From an uncultured Methanosarcinales archaeon (GTDB lineage: Archaea > Nanobdellota > Nanobdellia > Woesearchaeales > CAZZGN01), in the NCBI GenBank assembly GCA_964654165.1, contig CAZZGN010000001.1, positions 1 through 47,913 of the forward strand: DNA of 47,913 bases, written 5' to 3'. The first letter of the stretch is position 1, and each line of letters starts with the position of its first letter. A program made the translations under genes and the position numbers. Below the pieces are notes generated by a model that was given only the letters and a program-made list of their open reading frames with translations, ran no database searches and was not told where the DNA came from. Positions 15,340 to 24,949 of the stretch are shown in pieces.

Positions 15340-15564
15340 TTAAGGCAATACTCCCAGGACCTTTCCTGCACCTGCAAGGAAGATTAATGCTGCAATTGAG
15401 AATCCAAAGTATTTAGCTAAGTAACTTATACTTACTTTAATTTCCTGTGTGTTTGCTAATACTGCAATATGACTATCATTTAAGGTTTTTAGATTATCTC
15501 TTGTTTGCTTTTGAATTTCTTTCATTTCTACTAAGAGTTCTAGCCACCTATCATCTTTAGTCAT
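15340..15564 (-). CDS. XhlA-like coiled-coil protein with C-terminal TM (lysis-associated candidate)
   Basis: 74 aa. An N-terminal helical region is followed by the C-terminal TM FGFSIAALIFLAGAGKVLGVL, matching the architecture of the PBSX XhlA family. Confidence 0.35.
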   Translation of the reverse strand: MTKDDRWLELLVEMKEIQKQTRDNLKTLNDSHIAVLANTQEIKVSISYLAKYFGFSIAALIFLAGAGKVLGVLP

Positions 15565-15575
15565 TGTAATAATTT

Positions 15576-15956
15576 TTATTTAATTATTGTAAACTTACCT
15601 ATGTTGTTGGTTATACCAGGAACATCGTATACTACAGTTCCAAGCACGAATGGAATAAAACTTGCTTTACCATTCTCACTTGTTGTCATTAATAAAGTTG
15701 AACCATCTGCATAAACATTTTTTACAATTATGCCTTTAAGAGGAATTTCTGCTTTCGTTACTGTATTCAAAGCATACACATACCAAGTTAGTTTTTCATC
15801 AAGGTGAAAGATATTATCATCATCATCGCCTTTCTTTTCTACGAGACGGATATTACCATATATTTTATTTACTTCACCTGCCTCTTCGCAACCGCTTATA
15901 AGTTGTCTTTGATTTTCCTTAGCTATTGCAGCCATAAGTTCTTTTTGGTCTGTCAT
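15576..15956 (-). CDS. small beta-sandwich (CarboxypepD_reg-like) tail accessory protein
   Basis: IPLKGIIVKNVYADGSTLLMTTSENGKASFIPFVLGTVVYDV fits the pattern hP-G-x-V...TdxnG-F-hP...G-Y. Confidence 0.4.
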   Translation of the reverse strand: MTDQKELMAAIAKENQRQLISGCEEAGEVNKIYGNIRLVEKKGDDDDNIFHLDEKLTWYVYALNTVTKAEIPLKGIIVKNVYADGSTLLMTTSENGKASFIPFVLGTVVYDVPGITNNIGKFTIIK

Positions 15957-16468
15957 TTTGTGTTTCCCCTTAGTGATGTTATAAAAGCATAGAAAGCTGT
16001 TATAAAGCGTTTAAAGCTACTTTTTTTTTTAATATGCTTTGGTCCTTCCTCAATTGAGAAGTCGTCTGTATCATCATCTGATGCGTTTCCTGATGTATCT
16101 GGGTTAGGAATGATGACTGGTGCAATCATTGCACCTTCGACTGCATTAAGGCTAGTTACCACGCTACGTTTCTGATATATGTCATAATAAGACATATACC
16201 ATGTACCTGGTTTGTCTAGTTTAATTACTATTTTACCATTAGCATCAGTTACTTTGATTGTTGGTTTCTTCTTAGGATTGTAAATCGTTACTTGAATGCC
16301 AGAAATAGGTTTCTTTGTGTGTGTCTTGATATTATTCAACTGAATTAGATAAGATATCGGTTCATTCACCTCAAAGATGTTATCATTCTTTTCAGGATTC
16401 TCTTCAATAATAGTACCAAGTGTTGTCTTTTGGACTATTTTACCGCTAGTGTATGGACATTTAGCCAT
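15953..16468 (-). CDS. small beta-sandwich (CarboxypepD_reg-like) tail accessory protein
   Basis: KPISGIQVTIYNPKKKPTIKVTDANGKIVIKLDKPGTWYMSY. Has an acidic then basic C-terminal tail. Confidence 0.4.
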   Translation of the reverse strand: MAKCPYTSGKIVQKTTLGTIIEENPEKNDNIFEVNEPISYLIQLNNIKTHTKKPISGIQVTIYNPKKKPTIKVTDANGKIVIKLDKPGTWYMSYYDIYQKRSVVTSLNAVEGAMIAPVIIPNPDTSGNASDDDTDDFSIEEGPKHIKKKSSFKRFITAFYAFITSLRGNTK

Positions 16469-16492
16469 TGTAGTATTCTTCCCTTGCTACAC

Positions 16493-16894
16493 TTATAAAT
16501 TGTTATTTCTTGTTCTCTTCTTTGATTTTATAGGCTTGCTCGGTTTTAACTCTAAAACTAAATCTTCTTCATTAGGTAAATTTCCTTTTATAAATACTCC
16601 TAATGAGCCTGGTAATCCTATTGAAATAATTTTATCATCAGTCTTAAATGTTGCTTTTCCAGCCACAAAAGGTACATTAACTTTGTTTATAGTTACACTA
16701 TAACCTGTTGAATCATAAGCATCCTTTGTTATTTTATCATATAACTTACCTTTAACTATTACATCTCCATTGCTATTTTTTCCTATCCCATACCTAGCTT
16801 TAATATGACATGGAATACTATGGGTATTTGTAGATTTAGTTTTGCGAGTATATCGGTCTACTCGTTCCTGTAGTTCTTGTGTATTTAAGGTCAT
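16493..16894 (-). CDS. hypothetical tail accessory protein
   Basis: 133-aa ORF that overlaps the Tal-like gene stop by 4 nt. Weak beta-sandwich-like pattern (GDVIVKGKLYD...GYSVTINKV). Confidence 0.4.
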   Translation of the reverse strand: MTLNTQELQERVDRYTRKTKSTNTHSIPCHIKARYGIGKNSNGDVIVKGKLYDKITKDAYDSTGYSVTINKVNVPFVAGKATFKTDDKIISIGLPGSLGVFIKGNLPNEEDLVLELKPSKPIKSKKRTRNNNL

Positions 16895-19800
16895 TGCCTG
16901 TTTGTTTCAAAATATTTTAGATATAATGTCCCATCAATCCTACCTCTTCCATCTATTTCTATTTTAATTCCTTTCCAACCAGGTGAGTCACCAAGATAAG
17001 GTGATATATCAATATCTCTTTCTTTTCCATTTTCAAGATATGCTAAATCACGTCCTAATACAGTTTCAATTGCTGCAGTTCTATCAACATAACCATTACC
17101 ATCATCAATAAAGATTTTTGTATCTGTAGTATCCCACACAGTAGGTCCTTTGGTAATTCCGTAATCAATGGTGTGGGTATGTCGTGAATGGACTTCATAA
17201 GACATATTATTTATTGCATAGTCTTCATTTGTAAATGCAGTACCTGTATCAGATATAGAAGCCTCTATATCATATGTATAACCATATGGGTCTTCTGGAA
17301 TAAGTATATCAAAGAACCATGGAACTATTTGATAAGCAGGATATTCAACTTCTATATCACCATTCCAATCATATGATTCTTCTATATCAGTAAACTCACT
17401 ACCATCATATCCATACCCGTCTCCAACTTCGTGAGAGTGATGTGCTAGTCCCATACTAACACATACTCCCTCACTGGAAGGATAATATACAGTACTCCCC
17501 CCTGTACGTTTTACACGTATATTAAAACCCTGTAACCAAGCTGTATCGATACTACTTTGTAGTGACATCATTACAACACCTGAGGTTCTAATAAATATAC
17601 CATCTCCATGAGAAGTAATTTCTCCTGTACTTGTTTCCAAATCAGTTGGAGGGTCATCATCTTCATCCATTACAATAGAACTAGCAACACAAGCGTCATC
17701 TACTATATCACTGTTCTCACTGTTTACTTCTGTTGTAGGTGTGTAACTTATTCTGTATTTTGATAGGTTGAAAGACAAAGCTGCTTTATCTATTGAGATA
17801 GCTTCATCAGGAATGTAAAATGGCATTTCTAGGTCATACTTAGTACCGCCTGTACCATCACAATCATCATATTTATTTATACTTATTGTTTGTGGTACAC
17901 CTTGAGCATATACTGATAAGTTGCCTAGTTCTCTTTTTGTTTGTACTTGGTCTTTACTAAATGTATATTTATCATTACCGCATGTTAACTTTAGTTTACC
18001 TTGCTTTCCAATACCATCAGTAAACTCCATTTCATAGATGCGATAATCATCATCAACACCTGAATAGTATTCATCTGCAACTGTGACTGTATCACCAAGC
18101 CAAACTGTATTAAGGAATGATGGGGTAGTATCAATTGTTACAATTTCAGGTGGTATGTTAAAGTCAGTAATAATATTTCCACCTGCAACATCAAGAGCGT
18201 TTTGGTCTATTATTGTTGTATCTGTTTCTATTGTTCCTACAAAACCATAGGTTGCAATACTAGAACCTGCTTCAGGGTCTGCTGTAGTATATTGTGCATC
18301 CATAACAGGAGCACCTTCACCATGGGCATAATAAAGTTTAACTGCAGGTTCATATGTTCCAGCCCAATCAACACCTCTAGTAATTGTTCCACTTAATTTA
18401 TCTGTATCTGTTTTGGTAGTATATGTTATTTTTTCAAGACCAATCCATACAGGTTGTGCAAGTGCTTCACCATACACATAGAAACAAGTATCCTTTGCAT
18501 CATTAGAACCCCACGTACCAGTAAACTTTGCAACTGTATTACCATCAGCTGACCCATCCCAATCATAACCACTAACAAGATAATTTGAACTATCACCACC
18601 AGTATAAGTAACAACAACCACATAATAAGTATCAGCTTCAAGAACTATTTGGTCACCTCCACTAAAAGTAAACTCAGTAAGTTCATAATCTGTATCAATG
18701 GTGGATACATCTATAGTATCACTTGTAGCTAAAGCTGCACCCGTAGGTTTTCCATCATAACCATATACGCCTGTATGTGCATATACATTAGCAGTTGCAT
18801 TACCTGTTGGTGAATCAAATATCTTTAAATAAAATTTAGCAGATGTTAATGTCATGGCATTACTATTAGTCCATGTTTGTCCATGGTCTGAATATGCACC
18901 AGAATACAATTTTCTACCATCATCTTGATTAGATTCAGAATATGAATCAAGAATTATTGGAGTACCTGTTACAACTGGAAAATCTGTATTACTTTCAACA
19001 TAAATATAGGTTGGAGCAATATTGATTACTTGAGCATTTGAAGTATGTGCAGCAGCAACAGTAGATGATGTTGCTCGTGTACATCCTGTGAATGTAGTAC
19101 CTGTTTTACCTGTATAAGTTATTCTTTCTTGGTCTATTTCTACAGCACCTGTAGTTTCAAAACCATCTGTACTAGTTACATTAAGAGTAGTAGCAATAGC
19201 AGTTAAGTCAGCTGTAAGCCAAGTATCGAGAGCATACTTTAAGGTACTTCTATTATCGGTTGCATGATAACATATTGATTCAAGTTGATTTCTACCATCA
19301 CCAGCACCTAGTAATCTGACATGATTTATACATCTTGAAAAGTCATATTTACGTGATATGCGTGTTGTATTACCTCCATTAAATGTTTCTACAGGGGTAT
19401 TCTTTGCAGGATAAGCTGTTGCATCATCCCAGTCATATGCATTGAAACGGTCTATTTCGTGATAGTCATCAGAACCATAAACGTAGAAACATACATCAAT
19501 TGCTGCATCTGCAGTCCATAATGTTGTATATGAAGCTGAATTACCACTTGCAGAAAGTGTTACATCATCAATACCTACGTTTACATAATTAGCTGCATCT
19601 CCATCTTCATATTCAATTGTAATACAATAATATGTGGTTGTATCGAGCCTTCTTCTATCACCTGATGTGAAACTAAAAGTGGTAAGAGTTGGAGTTCCAT
19701 CAAGAGAAGATACATCGAATGCATCTGATGTTGCTAAAGCATCACCTGTAGGGATTGAATCTGTTCCGTACGTTCCTGAATGAGCATATAATTTAGCATA

Positions 19801-20481
19801 TGCATTACCGGTTGGGATTAATGTTTTGCTTAATATGAACTTACAACTATCAAGAGTAGTTTCAGTGGTACATGTAAATGACTGTGCTATTCCTGTGGTA
19901 GTGTTATCGAGTGTTAAGTCATCTGTTCTGGCTACTGCATTGCTGTCTACTGTTGAAACAGCAGGAGCTGGATGAGTTATTTGTGACCACAAATTCATCT
20001 TTTTGCATATACTTAATATAGGTGTTAGTCTATCTGTATTTTCTACACGGGTGGTTGTAGTACCATTTGAGTCGACTGTTCCTGCTTCAAGAATCCAATT
20101 GGATATACCACTATCATTGGTAGTTAATAATTTTTTAATTACTATGTCCTGGTCTTCATCAATATAATCACTTTTGGCTACAGTACTACGAGTAAGGAGT
20201 ACACCATTGTTACCAAGTAAACGTACAGTAAATTGCATAGATTTTTTACTTGTTGAAACAGGTTCTTCAAGTATTCCAGTTCCAAGGAGTATATCATTGA
20301 AGGTGATGGCAACAAAGTTACCCACATCAATATCAACAAGACCACCTACATATCGGTCTATTGTAAGTTCGACAGTAGGTATCCCATTTTTAGATGTTTT
20401 CCAGCGTATGCCTTGTGTTACTACTGAAACATCTTTTCGGTCTATGTAGACCCCATAGTTTCCAAGTTTATATAAATCCAT
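16891..20481 (-). CDS. tail-associated (Tal-like) protein / tail fibre, 1196 aa
   Basis: It is the second gene after the tape measure. The N-terminus (YIDRKDVSVVTQGIRWKTSKNGIPTVELTIDRYVGG) resembles siphovirus Tal N-termini. ITYTG...TGCTRA / ITYTT...GTITRG motifs are typical of tail fibre shafts. Contains an internal domain duplication of about 135 aa. Confidence 0.6.
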   Translation of the reverse strand: MDLYKLGNYGVYIDRKDVSVVTQGIRWKTSKNGIPTVELTIDRYVGGLVDIDVGNFVAITFNDILLGTGILEEPVSTSKKSMQFTVRLLGNNGVLLTRSTVAKSDYIDEDQDIVIKKLLTTNDSGISNWILEAGTVDSNGTTTTRVENTDRLTPILSICKKMNLWSQITHPAPAVSTVDSNAVARTDDLTLDNTTTGIAQSFTCTTETTLDSCKFILSKTLIPTGNAYAKLYAHSGTYGTDSIPTGDALATSDAFDVSSLDGTPTLTTFSFTSGDRRRLDTTTYYCITIEYEDGDAANYVNVGIDDVTLSASGNSASYTTLWTADAAIDVCFYVYGSDDYHEIDRFNAYDWDDATAYPAKNTPVETFNGGNTTRISRKYDFSRCINHVRLLGAGDGRNQLESICYHATDNRSTLKYALDTWLTADLTAIATTLNVTSTDGFETTGAVEIDQERITYTGKTGTTFTGCTRATSSTVAAAHTSNAQVINIAPTYIYVESNTDFPVVTGTPIILDSYSESNQDDGRKLYSGAYSDHGQTWTNSNAMTLTSAKFYLKIFDSPTGNATANVYAHTGVYGYDGKPTGAALATSDTIDVSTIDTDYELTEFTFSGGDQIVLEADTYYVVVVTYTGGDSSNYLVSGYDWDGSADGNTVAKFTGTWGSNDAKDTCFYVYGEALAQPVWIGLEKITYTTKTDTDKLSGTITRGVDWAGTYEPAVKLYYAHGEGAPVMDAQYTTADPEAGSSIATYGFVGTIETDTTIIDQNALDVAGGNIITDFNIPPEIVTIDTTPSFLNTVWLGDTVTVADEYYSGVDDDYRIYEMEFTDGIGKQGKLKLTCGNDKYTFSKDQVQTKRELGNLSVYAQGVPQTISINKYDDCDGTGGTKYDLEMPFYIPDEAISIDKAALSFNLSKYRISYTPTTEVNSENSDIVDDACVASSIVMDEDDDPPTDLETSTGEITSHGDGIFIRTSGVVMMSLQSSIDTAWLQGFNIRVKRTGGSTVYYPSSEGVCVSMGLAHHSHEVGDGYGYDGSEFTDIEESYDWNGDIEVEYPAYQIVPWFFDILIPEDPYGYTYDIEASISDTGTAFTNEDYAINNMSYEVHSRHTHTIDYGITKGPTVWDTTDTKIFIDDGNGYVDRTAAIETVLGRDLAYLENGKERDIDISPYLGDSPGWKGIKIEIDGRGRIDGTLYLKYFETNRQ

Positions 20482-21585
20482 TTAAACTGGTGTCCAACCT
20501 GAACTCCAATCAGTTGAATTAGCACCTAAATAAGTTGCAGGTGCAGTTTCAACTACAGAAACAGGTCCTATTGCTTCCCATTTATCGTCACAAGCTGAAC
20601 CCCTTCCTTCATTAAATAAACAATAATCATCTCCAGGTAAAGTACCTGCTCCCCATCTATTATTGTTTGAATCAAATAAGACTTTCATTTCAACACTCAT
20701 TCTAGTTGGATTATCTGCATCTTCCATGATACGAACATCATCAATTACACAATTTGTATACATCGCTTCAACACGACCACATGGTATTCTGCCATTCCAG
20801 GTAGATGAACCATTTAGTAATGTATCTCTTGTTAAGTTTGTAGAATAATTCCAAGTACCTTTGTACATTGGCATCCATTTGTCTTGCATTTGCTTTCTTA
20901 TTTGTAAATAAGTGTAACCTAAAGAATCAAGATATTTCCAAAAATTAGACCAATTCCAATAATTATAACCCCAATTCAAAGTAAGCGTTATTGGATTTGT
21001 AAAGTGTGATGCTTGCCCAGCAATACTACCTGAATCATTAGGTGATTCTTGTGCACCACTTCGCTTAGCCATTTCTTGTAATAAATATAGTTTTTGTGTA
21101 AGGGTATAAGCAGGTGAAAGTGTACCAAATGCACCATTTATTACACCTTCATCATAGGTTGTAAATGGCATTTCATCACGCCATACATCTGATTCTACTG
21201 AACAACTAAGAGTCATAGTATTACTTGAATTATATGCATTTGATGAGCCAAGTTTAGGACCCATATTATCATCAGTACCTGTTTCAGTGGTTATCTGAGG
21301 TCCATTTTGGTTATAGTCCATATCAATATCTGCTTTCTTATATCCATATGTGATTTTCTTAGTATTTAAGAATAGTTTATGGGCTGTATCAACATATCCT
21401 CTGAATGGTAATGTATTGTCAGCACTAGCTTGTAATCCTTCAATACCATTAGGTGATGTATTATCAATCCAATCAAAACCAACATCTATACCACTTGTTC
21501 TAGTATATTCCAAAGCAATGTTACCTTTATATTTAAGCCACATGCTGGATTCCTTATCCCCACCCCATACATTCCAATTAGTCAT
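20482..21585 (-). CDS. distal tail protein candidate (by position)
   Basis: It lies immediately downstream of the tape measure. The ATG at 21585 (MTNWNVWGG) is preferred over the track's TTG at 21600, which overlaps the TMP stop. Confidence 0.4.
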   Translation of the reverse strand: MTNWNVWGGDKESSMWLKYKGNIALEYTRTSGIDVGFDWIDNTSPNGIEGLQASADNTLPFRGYVDTAHKLFLNTKKITYGYKKADIDMDYNQNGPQITTETGTDDNMGPKLGSSNAYNSSNTMTLSCSVESDVWRDEMPFTTYDEGVINGAFGTLSPAYTLTQKLYLLQEMAKRSGAQESPNDSGSIAGQASHFTNPITLTLNWGYNYWNWSNFWKYLDSLGYTYLQIRKQMQDKWMPMYKGTWNYSTNLTRDTLLNGSSTWNGRIPCGRVEAMYTNCVIDDVRIMEDADNPTRMSVEMKVLFDSNNNRWGAGTLPGDDYCLFNEGRGSACDDKWEAIGPVSVVETAPATYLGANSTDWSSGWTPV

Positions 21586-21589
21586 TTTC

Positions 21590-24220
21590 TTAATATGCAA
21601 GTGCTCTTGCTTTTAATCTTCTTTCTATCTCGTCCATCATTGAGTTTACATCAAAGGAACTTGCAACGTTAACGTCACTCAATGACACACTTATATTATT
21701 TCCACCTGTTGATGAATCCTTATTAGTTTTAGATGAATAAAGTTGAGTTCCAACTCCAGGTACATTAGCACCACCTAATACACCAAGTAAACTTCTTGTA
21801 ATTCCTGCAGGTAATATCATTTCTCCACCGTGTACAACAGCTTGTTGTGGTCCAGTACCAGGAACTATACCACCTTGTTTGTACCATCCCATTCCTCGTG
21901 CAGCCGTTTGTGCAACATCACTAAGACCACCCCAAAAGTAATCCCATGCTGATTGAAGTGCACCTGTTATCATGCCTATAAGACCTAATGCCATATTAAC
22001 AAACATACTTGCCCAAGCATTAGGTGAGATACCACTGATAACCTTTCCTAGTGCATAACTTATATTATCAAGTGCAATTTTCCAACTATTTACATCTATC
22101 TCTTCAATTGCAAGTTTTAAAGCATCTGCTGCTGTAGTCATTATATCAGGCCAAGGCATATCTAAAATAGCTTGACCAAAAGCTTCACCAGCTTTAGTAA
22201 AGTGAGTTGTCCAATCAACACCATCCATTGCTACGCCTACTGTTTCAATGAGCTTAGTAATCAAAGAAAGAAACTCAGGTGTTCCAAGAGCTGCACTTAA
22301 TGCTTCTGCAACAGTACTAAATATATTTGCCCAATCAGAATCATTAAATACTTTTTCAATAGCTTGTCCCCAATTACTATTACCAAATACTCCTGTCCAA
22401 TCTTTATCAGATATTACAGTCCCTGCAGCAATACCCATAGGAGCTAAATGTGATTTCCAATTTATCTCTCCAAGTCTTGTTGTGAGAGATGATGCAAATT
22501 CAGATGATGCTCCTGTAAAATCAAATGCATCAAAGGCTGCACCAATTGCACCACCAATTCCTGTTGATAATTCTACGAATGGAAAGTTTTCTAAGAATAC
22601 AGTACCTGCATCTCTTAAGTCATCAAGAACAGGTTCCATAGATGGAGGCTCAAGTAATGGAAATTGAAAACCACCACCTTGCATTAATGCATTGAGATAA
22701 CTAAATGATGATTTAGCACCTTTAGCGTTTACACCCCACATGGCACCAACTTGTTTACCTAACCAACTGAACCAGTTACCCATGGTTTTAATACTGTTGA
22801 AAGTAGTCTTTTTAGATTTATCCATGGCATGAACAGCACCTTTGTTAGCACCTTTACCAAAGTTCTCCATCATGTCAGTACCCCAATTAGCAGCCATACG
22901 GTCATTAGCAGCATTATCAAAACCAATTGCTTTACCTATATCATCCATTACTTGCATTAAGGCATCCCAAACTTTTCCTGCTCCATTGATTATACCATTT
23001 ATAAAATTAGTTACTAAGTCTGCACCCCAATTGAATGCCTGAGCTATTTGGTCTTTGAATGTCCACAGTATCGCTACAACAGCTGCAATTGCGAGTATAA
23101 CTGCAATAATAGGAGCTGCAGCAATTGCAAGAGCACCAAGTCCAGCTGCGGCACCCCCTGCAGCAGCACCAACAGCTGTAAGTCCTGCTGCTATTCCAGC
23201 AGTACTACCAATCATTTGAACAATTGATAGTGCTGAACCAACGAAGAATAATGCATTACCAACATTTATAAGAGATTCAGAAGCATCACCAGCTGCTCCT
23301 GACATACCTATCATACTTGTAGCAAGACCTGCTATTGCAGTAATTCCACCTAGTTTACCACCAATAATACCAAGTCCTGCACCACCTTTTTTACTTCTTG
23401 GACCTTTACTCATTGCTGTAAAGGATAATCTACCTTTATTTGCTGCAGCATTAGCTGCAATAGCAATAGTATTTTGTTTAATTTCTTTAGTGTCATATGC
23501 AGTAACTGCAGCTTGTTTTACTTTACTCCTAGTTGCTATTTCAGTAGCAATTCTATTCATACGTTGTTTTTCAGTATTTCCCTGTATTCTTAAATTTAAT
23601 TCTGAGATGCCTCCTCTAAGGCTAGTTATAGCCATTTTAAAACTGAAGAAAGCAAGCATACCTTGACCTACTACTGATAATATGTCAGCTATAATAACTA
23701 CAATAGCGGTACCTTCACCACCTAAGGCTTTCATACCGCCTTTAGTAAGCTTTAGGTATTCCGTCCATATTGCTGAATCATCTAATGCCTTACCCATCTC
23801 ACGATTGGTTTCTTTTATTGCTTTTGTATATTTTTTACTTTCTTGAATAATTCCACTAAATTGTTTCTTGATTGCTTGACCAGCAAACATAACACCCAAC
23901 CATTCATATCTAAACTTTCTTGACTGAAGACCTGCTTGTTTTATTGCATCTGTTTGCTTTGTTAATCCTTGCCCTGCATCAGTCATTCCTCTTCTAAAAT
24001 CATTAGATAAGACCGTATTTATCTTAGTTTTGTATCCTTGTGTGGTTAGAGCATCATTAACAGTATTTATACCCTTTGCTTCAGCTTTAGCTGCTTTTGC
24101 AACTAACTGTTCTCTAAATACATAATCTTTTATATTGTTTGCTGCTTGTTTGCCTGATGTTGGTTGAGCCCCTATAACTTGACCTGGACTAAGACCTGAT
24201 TTAGAAAGCTTATTACGCAA
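21590..24220 (-). CDS. tape measure protein
   Basis: 876 aa. Has a helical N-terminal part and a long Gly/Ala-rich hydrophobic core (GAGLGIIGGKLGGITAIAGL...AAGLGALAIAAAPIIAVILAIAAVVAIL). It follows the G/T chaperones. The frame stays open upstream to 24442 (see findings). Confidence 0.85.
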   Translation of the reverse strand: MRNKLSKSGLSPGQVIGAQPTSGKQAANNIKDYVFREQLVAKAAKAEAKGINTVNDALTTQGYKTKINTVLSNDFRRGMTDAGQGLTKQTDAIKQAGLQSRKFRYEWLGVMFAGQAIKKQFSGIIQESKKYTKAIKETNREMGKALDDSAIWTEYLKLTKGGMKALGGEGTAIVVIIADILSVVGQGMLAFFSFKMAITSLRGGISELNLRIQGNTEKQRMNRIATEIATRSKVKQAAVTAYDTKEIKQNTIAIAANAAANKGRLSFTAMSKGPRSKKGGAGLGIIGGKLGGITAIAGLATSMIGMSGAAGDASESLINVGNALFFVGSALSIVQMIGSTAGIAAGLTAVGAAAGGAAAGLGALAIAAAPIIAVILAIAAVVAILWTFKDQIAQAFNWGADLVTNFINGIINGAGKVWDALMQVMDDIGKAIGFDNAANDRMAANWGTDMMENFGKGANKGAVHAMDKSKKTTFNSIKTMGNWFSWLGKQVGAMWGVNAKGAKSSFSYLNALMQGGGFQFPLLEPPSMEPVLDDLRDAGTVFLENFPFVELSTGIGGAIGAAFDAFDFTGASSEFASSLTTRLGEINWKSHLAPMGIAAGTVISDKDWTGVFGNSNWGQAIEKVFNDSDWANIFSTVAEALSAALGTPEFLSLITKLIETVGVAMDGVDWTTHFTKAGEAFGQAILDMPWPDIMTTAADALKLAIEEIDVNSWKIALDNISYALGKVISGISPNAWASMFVNMALGLIGMITGALQSAWDYFWGGLSDVAQTAARGMGWYKQGGIVPGTGPQQAVVHGGEMILPAGITRSLLGVLGGANVPGVGTQLYSSKTNKDSSTGGNNISVSLSDVNVASSFDVNSMMDEIERRLKARALAY

Positions 24221-24389
24221 TGAAGTTTTAACAGGATTAAAAGCCTTACCTTTAAGATTACTCTTATCAAGAGATTTACTAAGGTCAAGAAGACTAGCTT
24301 TAATAGCTTTTATTCCACCTTTACTATTATCGATTACACTAAATATAGCTTTGATTTCAGCTGTTTGACCTGAACTTATTGGTGGTATT

Positions 24390-24590
24390 TTAGAATCCTC
24401 CTTCCATAAAATCTTTACTTCCCGTTCCTTTTGTTTTTTCCATTATGTCTGCAAACCATTCAACCAAGATTTCACTCCTTAAATGAGGCATATCTAAGAC
24501 TTCTTCTTGATTTATGTTAAAGTAATATACCAGGAGACAAAGCATATCAGCAAGGTCATCTTCTTTATTAGCAGCCCTTGCATCACGCAT
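24390..24590 (-). CDS. tail assembly chaperone, -1 frame (gpT-like) segment
   Basis: This ORF lies in the -1 frame relative to 24602-24949. That frame is open back through the A8 slippery run, which predicts a G-T fusion. Confidence 0.55.
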   Translation of the reverse strand: MRDARAANKEDDLADMLCLLVYYFNINQEEVLDMPHLRSEILVEWFADIMEKTKGTGSKDFMEGGF

Positions 24591-24601
24591 AAGTCTTAAC
24601 C

Positions 24602-24949
24602 TTAAGCCTTCTTTTCCGCCTCCTGGCTTTTTTTTCCCTTTTCTTCTTGTTCTGCTTTATCTAATTGTTCTTGTGTTGACCAACCCATTGCAATAACAAG
24701 TTGTGTTAAAATTATATCCATTTTCTTAAGTACAAAAGATGCAATATCAGCTTTAGATTCAGTTGGATATGCAGCAACAAACATGTCTGTTAATGAGTCA
24801 CTTACATTTATAAATCCTTTTTCACTGGTGATATCATCCTTATCAATAGTTAAGAATTTAGCTATTTGTCTATTAGTTGGGGTAACAACCCATTCTTCTT
24901 CATCTACTATTAGTTTTATTTTTCCTGAGTATTTATCAAATTTTCCCAT
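24602..24949 (-). CDS. tail assembly chaperone (gpG-like)
   Basis: 115 aa and acidic. It sits between the tail tube gene and the tape measure, and ends with ...EEKGKKSQEAEKKA, which contains the slippery A8 run. Confidence 0.6.
   Translation of the reverse strand: MGKFDKYSGKIKLIVDEEEWVVTPTNRQIAKFLTIDKDDITSEKGFINVSDSLTDMFVAAYPTESKADIASFVLKKMDIILTQLVIAMGWSTQEQLDKAEQEEKGKKSQEAEKKA
24628..24635 (-). other. -1 programmed frameshift slippery site (A AAA AAA)
   Basis: The minus strand reads GGA AAA AAA AGC. The T8 run on the plus strand is at 24628-24635. The -1 frame is open from upstream of this site through the gpT-like ORF. Confidence 0.6.

Noticed and set aside
22248-23042. Plus-strand ORFs lie inside the tape-measure gene (22248-22667 and 22842-23042).
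   Set aside because: They are antisense to a 876-aa gene with typical TMP features, and their composition mirrors the Ala/Gly-rich sense strand.
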